A stretch of DNA of 27,022 bases from IMG/VR virus record IMGVR_UViG_3300017780_003508, positions 1 through 27,022 of that record; one strand, given 5' to 3'. The position numbers and the translations under genes were made by a program. A model generated the notes under the pieces. The model was not told where the DNA came from. It made no database searches and was given only the letters and a program-made list of their open reading frames with translations. The DNA comes from a virus. Lineage: Duplodnaviria; Caudoviricetes. Positions 16,823 through 25,013 of this stretch are shown here, piece by piece; position 1 is the stretch's first letter; every line of letters begins with the position of its first letter.

Positions 16823-18739
16823 CTATACTGCCCCCATTGGGCTTACTGGTTGTTCTTCTGCTGGAGGTAGTGGCTGTGACATCTGCGCCATCTGTTGATT
16901 AAAAAGCATTTCATTAGCATTTCTTACCATGTTTCTCGCTATAATCTCGTTTAGACTCTCAGCGTATGCAACTATTGTTCTAAACTTATCCATTGGTATG
17001 CTTTCCTGGTTGTTTGTTAGGAAGTCTACGATCCTTTGCTTGTATGCTGTAGTAGCTGCCTGATTAGGTTCTACTTTCTCACCATCAAGTATCATTTCAA
17101 TATCACGCTCAGCCTTAGCCATAAGTGAAGCATTACCATATTCTGACGTGTCTTGGAGCTGTCTAATAGTCTCGTCATCAAAACCAGCGATACCAGCTGC
17201 AATCTCATACGCCTTCTTAGCGTTCTGTACCGGAGGAACTGCCACAGCTTGCGCTGCAAGGAAGTCCATCTTCATCTTCTTCTCACCTTCTGAGAGGGCA
17301 AGCTCAGCATTTGACGCTTCAACTGTGATACCGAAGTCCTCGTTCTTTCTAAAGATGTCTCTACGTGATACATATTCTACCTTTACACCTTCTGGGCCGA
17401 TAATGTCTACCGCTGTCTTCTTAATGAGGTGCTCATCTACTCCGTTCTTATATAGTTCAGCGAATCTCTTGTAGCCAAAAGAGTATGACTTGTTAAGGAG
17501 TCCGAAACGATCAGCAACTGCCGCCTGATTACCTTCATAGATAGATACCTTATCGCCGGAACTATTATCAGCGAGTCCTTGTGCTGCCGCTGTAACACCT
17601 GACGCCTTCTCCTGAATAAGATCAAGAGTTTCAAACACTCTAATAGGTGTATCAATAGCAGGGACGTTCACAGTCTGGTACGCCTTGTTGATGTCAAACG
17701 CTCCTTTCACCTTAATAACACCGTCACGTCTGTACTTAAGCTCAGCCATGTTCTCAATAGCTGTGATATTTACTAGGCGCTGTGGCTTTGTGATCTGCTC
17801 ACCGTTGTCGAGCATTTGATTGATTGACACAGCTTGCGCCATGAAGATTTCACGAACGTAGTCACAGTATGATGGAGTCCAGAACTCAGTGAGGTCAATA
17901 AATGCTGCCCATGACCAGTACCACCACATACCTGATGCAAACTTCTCTTCTAGCTCACATACTTCAATAGCTGTAGCTCCGTCCTCACATAGGAGTAGGA
18001 AGTATCTCTTTCCTCCATAAGTTGTACCCCATCTCCAGAACTTGAACTTATCTTTACTTTGTAGATCCTTCTCAGCTGTAGCGATACCAGTAGCATATGT
18101 ACGTGATTGCTTGTTCACCTGTTCCTGGTTTACTTCTGTGTTGTTTCCTGGACCGTTAAGCAGTCTCTCTGACTCAGTCTTTAAGAAGTTCTTACTCTTT
18201 ACACCTTCTTTGATCTCATCTCGTGATAGCACTACACCATAGTCACCTAAGTAGTTAGCTCTCTCCATATCAAGGCCACCAGCAGCAGGATCAATAAGGA
18301 AGTCGTACACGTCCACGTTATCAAGATGTGGCTTATACCCATTTTCTGAGTCTGCATAGTATGAGTAGATAGCTCTACCATAAATAACACCTTGCTTCTT
18401 GCCGGCAATATCTTTGATGTCCCAATTATCACGCTCAGCATCTGTTACACGTACAGCATTAAGTCTCTTTACTCTGTCTAACTGTGAGTCCTTCTTCTTT
18501 GAGAACTTAAACACAAGAGGGTTGTCGATCTTAGATAGGATAGTATGTACAAAAGATGACATCTGACCTAGATCTACGTTAGCCCTAGCTTCTACACCCT
18601 TAGTTTTGCGACCATAGTATAGATCCTCATTGATTTTCCAATTACCAACCTTAGATTGCTTGTAATTACGAGCAAACTCTATCTCAGTTATCGCCTGACT
18701 AATAATTTTTGCACGTGTTTCGTATGGGACTGTGGACAT
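16823..18739 (-). CDS. Portal protein (P22 gp1-like, 638 aa)
   Basis: Follows terL; size; DFLIDP.A, Q...N...DN and E.ASGV...QG motifs. Confidence 0.85.
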   Translation of the reverse strand: MSTVPYETRAKIISQAITEIEFARNYKQSKVGNWKINEDLYYGRKTKGVEARANVDLGQMSSFVHTILSKIDNPLVFKFSKKKDSQLDRVKRLNAVRVTDAERDNWDIKDIAGKKQGVIYGRAIYSYYADSENGYKPHLDNVDVYDFLIDPAAGGLDMERANYLGDYGVVLSRDEIKEGVKSKNFLKTESERLLNGPGNNTEVNQEQVNKQSRTYATGIATAEKDLQSKDKFKFWRWGTTYGGKRYFLLLCEDGATAIEVCELEEKFASGMWWYWSWAAFIDLTEFWTPSYCDYVREIFMAQAVSINQMLDNGEQITKPQRLVNITAIENMAELKYRRDGVIKVKGAFDINKAYQTVNVPAIDTPIRVFETLDLIQEKASGVTAAAQGLADNSSGDKVSIYEGNQAAVADRFGLLNKSYSFGYKRFAELYKNGVDEHLIKKTAVDIIGPEGVKVEYVSRRDIFRKNEDFGITVEASNAELALSEGEKKMKMDFLAAQAVAVPPVQNAKKAYEIAAGIAGFDDETIRQLQDTSEYGNASLMAKAERDIEMILDGEKVEPNQAATTAYKQRIVDFLTNNQESIPMDKFRTIVAYAESLNEIIARNMVRNANEMLFNQQMAQMSQPLPPAEEQPVSPMGAV

Positions 18740-18758
18740 AAATATATTATATACAATT

Positions 18759-20246
18759 TTAAATGCCTATACTAGAGTAAAGTACAGCTGTTTCATCCTC
18801 CACATAATCATTTCTACTGTCATACGGCTTGTATGCCACCTGTTCAGCGTATGCTAGTGAGTCTAGGACGTCATCATTCATGCCACGAGGGAACACTCGC
18901 ATCTCATTGAACAGTGCATCATTGTCTCCTACGAAAAATATACCCTTGTTAGCCATCCTAGGAATCAATCCACGTATTCTTTGCTCTTTATTGTTGCCAT
19001 TATGCTTAAGAGGGGTCACTACGAACCACTCGCCACGCTTCGCCATCTCTTCTTCTAGGAAAGGCTGTACTGCAAGCGTAAAGGTTGTCTCTTCTATACC
19101 TATCAGCTCAGGCTTGTATGTCTTTACTAGGTAGAACATATGATCAATCAGCTCAGCACTGTTCTTCTTAAGCTGTTGTGTACTAACATACCACTTGTTA
19201 TCTTTCGTGACTCTAATTATTGAGATACCAGTGAAGTCCGCCTGATCCTTCTTACTAGCAGCAGGGTCAATAGTAATGAAAGTATTGTACTGCATATGCT
19301 CTATTACATCAGCATTAGTCTTCTGCATCCACTCTTTCTTAAACTCAGCAAGCGCCTCATCAACTGGTTGGTTCATCATCTCATAGGAGAACACATAAGG
19401 ACCAAGTTGTCTCTGCTTATCTTCAATAGATACCTTACCTGTTGCCTGTGCTTCCTCATCTGTGAGCGCATACTTAGACTCCCATGCCGGTTTACCATCA
19501 ATCAGGACCGGTATGTTAAGGATCTTAATCTTATGGTCGCTCTTAGCTCTATCAATCAAGAACTGTATGTTGCCATACTCTGAAATATAGTTACCGAGGT
19601 ACAAGATAGCAGCCTCTGGACTCATACCAGCGAGCGCTTCTGATATATGCTCTCTGATCTGCTTAGTATATGCTGCACTATCTTTTGTCTTATTAGTCTC
19701 AAAGTCATCAAGCAAAAGGAAATCAGGACGTTGATTAAGATGTATACGTCCACGCATAGACTCTTGTGTACTGTGTGCCTCAACACGTATACCGTTCTCA
19801 GTCATGAAGTTACTGATCTTAGTCTGCTTGATGTCATCCTGTGACTTCTTACGTGAGAATAGTAGACCATAGTCCTTGATGATTCTTTTATTGTTACTCA
19901 GCTCATATGCAACATCAAATAAGATACGCTCAGCGTTTTCTTTATCAGCCGAGTCCACGTTGATATATAGTTTCTTTTTAAATGTGATCAACCATATGAT
20001 GTACAACTTAGAGAGTGTTGTCTTAGCAGACTCACGGAACATAATGAAAGCTAGTTCTCTTATCTCTTTGCCTTCTTGCAAGAGTTCTAGCGAGTCAATC
20101 ATCTCAAAGTGATACGGCGCTAGTGAGTATTTAAAATAATCTCTGAAATAATACACCGCAAACAGTCCGAAAGACTCCTCTGCAAGGATTCTCCGTTGCT
20201 TGTCTGTCCCATCAAGCATCATGTCTATAGCTTCTTTAGTTATCAT
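18759..20246 (-). CDS. terL: Terminase large subunit
   Basis: FRESAKTT Walker A variant, RG...RPDFLLLDDFE Walker B, nuclease motifs IDPA...DFTG, GIEE and NDDVLD. Confidence 0.93.
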   Translation of the reverse strand: MITKEAIDMMLDGTDKQRRILAEESFGLFAVYYFRDYFKYSLAPYHFEMIDSLELLQEGKEIRELAFIMFRESAKTTLSKLYIIWLITFKKKLYINVDSADKENAERILFDVAYELSNNKRIIKDYGLLFSRKKSQDDIKQTKISNFMTENGIRVEAHSTQESMRGRIHLNQRPDFLLLDDFETNKTKDSAAYTKQIREHISEALAGMSPEAAILYLGNYISEYGNIQFLIDRAKSDHKIKILNIPVLIDGKPAWESKYALTDEEAQATGKVSIEDKQRQLGPYVFSYEMMNQPVDEALAEFKKEWMQKTNADVIEHMQYNTFITIDPAASKKDQADFTGISIIRVTKDNKWYVSTQQLKKNSAELIDHMFYLVKTYKPELIGIEETTFTLAVQPFLEEEMAKRGEWFVVTPLKHNGNNKEQRIRGLIPRMANKGIFFVGDNDALFNEMRVFPRGMNDDVLDSLAYAEQVAYKPYDSRNDYVEDETAVLYSSIGI

Positions 20247-20692
20247 TTACCAAGTAGTGTCTTAATAGCTTGTCTTTCCTCGTCCGTTATAGCTTCTGGT
20301 ATCAGGTCTTTGCCGTCCTTGCCTGTGACTTCTTGTCTATCAGACCATTTAGCCTTCTGAAGACCTTTAAGAGAGAACTCAGTAGCTCTCATCTGTAATG
20401 GCTTACCTCCCTTCTCAGGATCATCTAGACCACCTACAAGGGCAACTTCTAGGTTCTTAGTGGCCAATGTAACCAGACGAGCGTCACTGACCGCCTCAGA
20501 CAACCAGCTTCTACCCCTTGTAACAACTTGAGCATACTCATCACTGTAACCAGCTTTCAGTGCAGACTGGTAAGCATTACTAAAAGTTTCACTGTTAGGA
20601 TCAAGATAGTGTGACAAAAACAAGTCCTGACGTGGATCAGGAACCCACTGATTAGCACCATTTGGATTACTTACCGTAGTAGGGACTTCCAT
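20243..20692 (-). CDS. terS: Terminase small subunit
   Basis: RQ.LF...Y......NAYQSALKAGYS HTH-like region; C-terminal EVTGKDGKDL; overlaps the terL start (ATGA). Confidence 0.8.
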   Translation of the reverse strand: MEVPTTVSNPNGANQWVPDPRQDLFLSHYLDPNSETFSNAYQSALKAGYSDEYAQVVTRGRSWLSEAVSDARLVTLATKNLEVALVGGLDDPEKGGKPLQMRATEFSLKGLQKAKWSDRQEVTGKDGKDLIPEAITDEERQAIKTLLGK

Positions 20693-20706
20693 TTTTCTTT
20701 GGTTTT

Positions 20707-20907
20707 TTAGTTTCCTTCCGTTGTGAGTTGTTGCCTTTCGCCATGTTTTTTATTCTTACGACCCTCTTGTAACATCTTAATAAGTTTTTCTTTATCCATT
20801 TCAGTCATCATACTGTGCCGGATATTGGCTGCAACCCTTGCCCTCTCGACCCTTTCCTCCTTTGGTATGGTAGACCAATAGTGTCTTCTTGCTTCTGATC
20901 TATTCAT
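20707..20907 (-). CDS. Small basic helical protein (66 aa, MNRSEARRHYW...), possible DNA-binding
   Basis: Start moved to ATG 20907, 6 nt after TATAAT; the ORF-track extension overlaps the promoter. Confidence 0.6.
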   Translation of the reverse strand: MNRSEARRHYWSTIPKEERVERARVAANIRHSMMTEMDKEKLIKMLQEGRKNKKHGERQQLTTEGN

Positions 20908-20913
20908 ATCCAC

Positions 20914-20951
20914 ATTATAACATTTACTATTTGTATGCACAATGATAGACT
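20914..20951. promoter_or_regulatory. Overlapping divergent sigma70-type promoters
   Basis: Minus: TTGTGC(20942-37)-17-TATAAT(20919-14), TG-extended. Plus: TTTACT(20923-28)-17-TAGACT(20946-51), TG-extended. Each -10 is 6 nt from an ATG. Confidence 0.65.
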
Positions 20952-20957
20952 ACTTAT

Positions 20958-21461
20958 ATGCACGATATAATTATACCAAACACAATAAATAACGACAAAG
21001 ACTTTGATGTAGCAAAGTCACTTATCAATAAACTTAAAGGAGAGCTTAAAATTATAGAAGCTAAGAAGGAGACCGTGAGCCGTCCACTACTAGACGCTAT
21101 AGCAGCACGTAGAGCCGAATTTGCCCCTACAATGAAGAAATACGAGGGAGCCATAGTTTCTCTCACTAAGATGCTTACAGAGTACCAGACAGCCAAGATG
21201 AGGCTAAAAGAGGCACAGGAAGAAAAGATACTAAGTGACGGCAGACTTAAGGACTCTACAGCTATCGCTAAGCTATCAGAACTAGAAGAAGTAGACAAAT
21301 CCGGTTTCAGAAAGCATCAGGTTCTTAAAATGACAAACGAACTTCTCATACCTCGTGAGTATCTCATAGTAGACGAAAAGAAAGTGCTTGATGACCTCAA
21401 AAACGGTAAAATTGTCCCAGGTGCCGAAATTGAGATCAAATACATACCGTTTCATGTGTAA
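20958..21461 (+). CDS. Gp157-like coiled-coil phage protein (167 aa)
   Basis: Coiled coil plus C-terminal IPREYL..DEKK....LK.G..VPGAE motif. Confidence 0.55.
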   Translation: MHDIIIPNTINNDKDFDVAKSLINKLKGELKIIEAKKETVSRPLLDAIAARRAEFAPTMKKYEGAIVSLTKMLTEYQTAKMRLKEAQEEKILSDGRLKDSTAIAKLSELEEVDKSGFRKHQVLKMTNELLIPREYLIVDEKKVLDDLKNGKIVPGAEIEIKYIPFHV

Positions 21462-21470
21462 CGGAATCTG

Positions 21471-21721
21471 TGTACCACCCCTGGTACAGGCAGAAAATGG
21501 AAATCCTTATTTTATAAGGGTTTTTATTTTGTGTACCACCCTGTACCACCCTAACCAGGCACTCTATAGAGTTCCCCACAGGAATATATATATATCATAC
21601 TCTTTTACTAGAAAGAGGTGGTACAGGGTGGTACATGGAAATCCAGCCTTTTCCTATAAGGGTTTTTTACTGTACCACCCCTCAAAATAGGGGTGGTACA
21701 GGGGTGGTACAGGGTGGTACA
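21471..21721. repeat. Iteron array, putative replication origin
   Basis: TGTACCACCC at 21471, 21532, 21542, 21671; inverted GGGTGGTACA at 21616 (1 mismatch), 21626, 21691, 21702, 21712; central (AT)n tract; next to the helicase gene. Confidence 0.8.
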
Positions 21722-21729
21722 CAAAAATA

Positions 21730-21773
21730 TGGGGATAACCCTATATGCACGATTAAAAGTAGTATGATACACT
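21730..21773 (+). promoter_or_regulatory. Helicase promoter region with DnaA-box-like site
   Basis: TGGGGATAA (21730-38, reverse complement TTATCCCCA), TATGCACGAT motif (21744-53), extended -10 TGaTACACT (21765-73). Confidence 0.45.
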
Positions 21774-21779
21774 CGTAAG

Positions 21780-21862
21780 TACAGTCGTAAGATTGTATTA
21801 CAAATAGTCGTATCTTATATGTTGCTTATCAAGCGACTGGTAGGCAACATATAGGATTTTTT
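21780..21862 (+). ncRNA. Structured 5' leader/attenuator upstream of the helicase
   Basis: Hairpin UACAGUC-GUAA-GAUUGUA, then a 20-bp stem (21812-21857, three G-U pairs) ending in a U run 5 nt before the ATG. Confidence 0.55.
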
Positions 21863-21867
21863 AATCC

Positions 21868-23184
21868 ATGCAAGAAATAGTAACAACCCAAAGTCCAATA
21901 GATTATGATCCAGATTCAGCTCCGTTTATTACCACATACACAAAGTCAGCTGGAGAAGTAGTCATCAGGTGTCAGGAGAATGTCCTAGTAGCCCTAAGAC
22001 ATGACCCACAATTAAAAGGTAAGTTTAGATACAATATGTGGCTAGAGCGTAAGGAGACCACCTTAGACTGGCACACATGGCGTCCGGTACGTGATAATGA
22101 TTACAATATAATTAAGAGCATCCTAGCTAATAGTTATACCCATCAGGCCCTCATTTCTGCCTCCACAGAGTACATAGTGTCAGCTACTGCGCAATACTGT
22201 GAAGAGAACTCATTTGACCCTGCTAAGGACTATTTTGAGTCCCTTGTATGGGACCAGACTCCAAGACTAGATGACTGGTTAATCTCCGCTTACAATGTAG
22301 AAGCTACAGATGAACACAAAGCGTTTGGATCACAGTGGCTTAAAGCTATGGTTAAGCGTGTCGTAGTTCCAGGGTGTAAGTTTGACCATGTTCTAGTTCT
22401 TGAAGGAGATCAGGGAGTAGGTAAGTCTACATCACTCAAAGAGCTAGGGAACATCATGAATGAAGACTGGCACCTTGAAATGGTAACGACTCCAACAGAT
22501 AAGGACTTCTTCATGCTTATGAGAGGTAAGATGATTGTAGAGTTCTCAGAAGGAGAAATACAAGAGAGATCATCAATGAAACTACTCAAGAGTATTATCA
22601 CTCAGCAAGTAGATGTATACCGTAACCCATACGGAAGAGAGACAGAAGAGCATCCAAGACGCTGTGTATTTGCTATGACTACAAATGACAATAGATACCT
22701 TAAGGACGAGACAGGAAACAGACGCTGGCTACCTATTGAGTGTAACGGCACTGTTAATATGGCATGGCTCAAAGAGAACAAGGAACAGCTTTATGCTGAG
22801 GCGTATCACAGAGCCATCACACTTAAGGAATCACTCTATGAAGGACTGTACACAGACAAGGTTCGTGAGATACAAGAGTCAAGACGCATTGAGCGTGTAG
22901 AAGAGGAACTTATTGTTACATGGTTTATAAATACATCATACAAAGATAAAGAGAACGGCTATTCTGTTCGTGACGTGTTTGATCTTGCTATCGGTAAAGG
23001 TAAAGAAGGCCAAGTATTTAATCAGCTGCACAATGCGATCATACCTCCTATCATTACCAACATACTTAAGCTCAAGCAAGAAAGAAGACTTAACGAAGAT
23101 GGTCAGCGCCTCCGTAAGTATTACCCAACAGAAGCTACGTATAAATTATTCCCTAAGGAGTTAGATGATCCATTTGCTCTATGA
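21868..23184 (+). CDS. VirE/VapE-family P-loop ATPase (SF3-type replicative helicase)
   Basis: PGCKFDHVLVLEGDQGVGKST Walker A, IVEFSE Walker B, R.PYGR...HPRRCVFAMTTN, YLKDETGNRRWLP, QLYAEA. Confidence 0.9.
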   Translation: MQEIVTTQSPIDYDPDSAPFITTYTKSAGEVVIRCQENVLVALRHDPQLKGKFRYNMWLERKETTLDWHTWRPVRDNDYNIIKSILANSYTHQALISASTEYIVSATAQYCEENSFDPAKDYFESLVWDQTPRLDDWLISAYNVEATDEHKAFGSQWLKAMVKRVVVPGCKFDHVLVLEGDQGVGKSTSLKELGNIMNEDWHLEMVTTPTDKDFFMLMRGKMIVEFSEGEIQERSSMKLLKSIITQQVDVYRNPYGRETEEHPRRCVFAMTTNDNRYLKDETGNRRWLPIECNGTVNMAWLKENKEQLYAEAYHRAITLKESLYEGLYTDKVREIQESRRIERVEEELIVTWFINTSYKDKENGYSVRDVFDLAIGKGKEGQVFNQLHNAIIPPIITNILKLKQERRLNEDGQRLRKYYPTEATYKLFPKELDDPFAL

Positions 23185-23699
23185 TGCTCTACTATAACCA
23201 ATCAACAGATGACTTCACTTGTATCATTGATACTAAGCTAGGGTTCTCAGTAGAGATAGTCACTCATGAGGATCTAGACTATAGACAGTCACTCTACACT
23301 AAGCCTGAGTACAGATCATGGTATGACCTCATGAAAGATTTTCCTACTGCTATACCATCTATCAAGAGACAGCTCATGGAAGACATCAGAAATAAAGTAA
23401 ACGTAAAGGATGCGAGACAGAAGCTGGCGTATCTATCGCCTATGAAGAACAAGACAGGACAGATAACACCGGACCTCATACATCAGGCAAAGCAGAGGAA
23501 CATATCAGACTTCATCAAGGTACCATCATCTAGAAAAGTACAGTGTATTTTCCACAGCGACAAGGCGCCGTCACTACATATATACCCACGGTCTTTTTAC
23601 TGTTTTTCCTGCCAGGCGCACGGATCTACAATAGACTTTATTATGAAGCAACAGTCAAAAACCTTTAAGGAATCGGTCTTATTATTGGTTAACCAATAA
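23181..23699 (+). CDS. CHC2 zinc-finger protein (primase zinc-binding domain without TOPRIM)
   Basis: CIFHSDKAPSLHIY...FYCFSCQAHG..IDF at the C-terminus; ATGA overlap with the helicase. Confidence 0.85.
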   Translation: MMLYYNQSTDDFTCIIDTKLGFSVEIVTHEDLDYRQSLYTKPEYRSWYDLMKDFPTAIPSIKRQLMEDIRNKVNVKDARQKLAYLSPMKNKTGQITPDLIHQAKQRNISDFIKVPSSRKVQCIFHSDKAPSLHIYPRSFYCFSCQAHGSTIDFIMKQQSKTFKESVLLLVNQ

Positions 23700-23708
23700 T
23701 TAAAAAAG

Positions 23709-23764
23709 TTATCCACACCCCCTAAAGCAAAATCGCTTGCGTTATTTTGTATGCACGATATACT
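23709..23764 (+). promoter_or_regulatory. Consensus DnaA box followed by sigma70-type promoter
   Basis: TTATCCACA (23709-17); TTGCGT-16 nt-TATACT (23737-64); TATGCACGAT in the spacer. Confidence 0.6.
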
Positions 23765-23818
23765 GTATTCATAGCCAAAAAAGCTATGTTAATAAATTAA
23801 GTTTATCTAAATAAAGAT

Positions 23819-24037
23819 ATGACAACAACATACCCTAACGGTGCTGGTTACCATGATTATGAAGACGTAGGTCTACAACTACATGACATGGTCGAAAGAG
23901 TAGAAGTGTCCGACTGCTGTGATTACAAAGTGACTGTTATCTCAAAGACATGTCTCAAGTGTTTCAAGAAAGCAGACTACACTAACTACAAATACTTTAC
24001 CAACACAGAAAACGGATCAGAAGAAGTATATGTCTAA
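23819..24037 (+). CDS. Small Cys-containing hypothetical protein (SDCC...C..C)
   Basis: ORF track; first gene after the promoter. Confidence 0.65.
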   Translation: MTTTYPNGAGYHDYEDVGLQLHDMVERVEVSDCCDYKVTVISKTCLKCFKKADYTNYKYFTNTENGSEEVYV

Positions 24038-24269
24038 TAAAAATCAAATTGTAGAAGATGCAATTTATTTCCAAAAATTAAAAAATACTTATATATCTAA
24101 AAAGATTACTGCGGACATTAAAGGTTACATTAAGTCAGTAGTAGATCTTGAAGAAAGAATTATGTGGGCCAAAACACCGGAGATAACAATACCGGACATG
24201 AAGTACATTGATAACACTAAAAAAGGATCAGTAGGAATGTGGAACTTTATCAAAGGTTGCTTACCTTAA
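24030..24269 (+). CDS. Hypothetical protein (79 aa)
   Basis: ORF track; overlaps the upstream stop. Confidence 0.6.
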   Translation: MSNKNQIVEDAIYFQKLKNTYISKKITADIKGYIKSVVDLEERIMWAKTPEITIPDMKYIDNTKKGSVGMWNFIKGCLP

Positions 24270-24274
24270 ATAAC

Positions 24275-24883
24275 ATGAAAAAATACTCACACAGTAGAGA
24301 ATATGGTTCACGTATCAACTGGAGAACATTAACAATAGCGTTTACATTAGCATTCTGTTTCTTTATAGGTAGTCACGCAGATAGAGATGACACTTATGTA
24401 GCAGAACAAGAAGTATTTATGAAGCCTGTAGTTATGGAAGTGATTCATGAATGCGGTATTATGCTTGAAGATGTATGTTCTACAACAAGAGGTAAGCTTG
24501 GTAAGTTTAGCGACAAAGACATAGAAGACAAAATTAAGCATTACTTTCCTCGTAACTGGAAAACTATGATTGCCATTGCTCATGCAGAATCAAACATGAA
24601 CATGGATGCTAAAGGGTACAACTGTTACTACAACAAGGATAAGACTATAGTATATGAGACAAGAGTAAAAGGTTCACACAGTGCAGCGTGTAAAAAGGAG
24701 CATAGAAAGTATGCATGGAGCGTGGACTGCTTCGCCCTACAGCGTAACTATATAGGTAAATCATGTCCTAAAGGTGTAACGCTAGACCAGCACCTTAAGG
24801 AAGTAGCAGAACTATCAAGAGTACAGGGCTTGTCGGCGTGGAGTTCGTATAATCAAGGAAAACATTTAGCTTACACAAAATAA
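24275..24883 (+). CDS. Membrane-anchored lytic-transglycosylase/lysozyme-fold-like protein
   Basis: N-terminal hydrophobic helix; AIAHAESNMN catalytic-Glu motif, DC...Q.N, G.SAWSSY. Start moved to ATG 24275. Confidence 0.6.
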   Translation: MKKYSHSREYGSRINWRTLTIAFTLAFCFFIGSHADRDDTYVAEQEVFMKPVVMEVIHECGIMLEDVCSTTRGKLGKFSDKDIEDKIKHYFPRNWKTMIAIAHAESNMNMDAKGYNCYYNKDKTIVYETRVKGSHSAACKKEHRKYAWSVDCFALQRNYIGKSCPKGVTLDQHLKEVAELSRVQGLSAWSSYNQGKHLAYTK

Positions 24884-25013
24884 CTATGAAACTAAAACAG
24901 TGGCTAAATGAAAAGCCAGACATGACAAGGTTAGAGATGTATTCATCTATGTTTATCGGAGTGCTTATTGCAAACATACTAATGGATTTAACTAAATAAC
25001 TATGAAACTAAAA
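24878..25013 (+). repeat. 20-bp perfect direct repeat AAATAACTATGAAACTAAAA at two consecutive gene junctions
   Basis: Copies at 24878-24897 and 24994-25013. Confidence 0.85.
24886..24999 (+). CDS. 37-aa peptide with hydrophobic C-half (MKLKQWLNEKPDMTRLEMYSSMFIGVLIANILMDLTK)
   Basis: Manual translation; fills the gap with 2-nt spacing on both sides. Confidence 0.65.
   Translation: MKLKQWLNEKPDMTRLEMYSSMFIGVLIANILMDLTK

Noticed and set aside
2724-20112. Many plus-strand ORFs opposite structural genes (e.g. 2724, 3204, 7576, 13588, 13873, 17148, 18829, 19296)
   Set aside because: Shadow frames of long minus-strand genes; I noticed no promoter or recognisable motif for them, unlike the 5719 peptide, though I did not scan each exhaustively.
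21388-21690. 100-aa plus-strand ORF
   Set aside because: Overlaps the Gp157-like gene and runs through the iteron array; likely spurious.
21471-21721. Repeat cluster as a CRISPR array
   Set aside because: Units are only 10 bp, occur in both orientations with irregular spacing, and have no unique equal-length spacers or cas genes; an iteron origin fits better.
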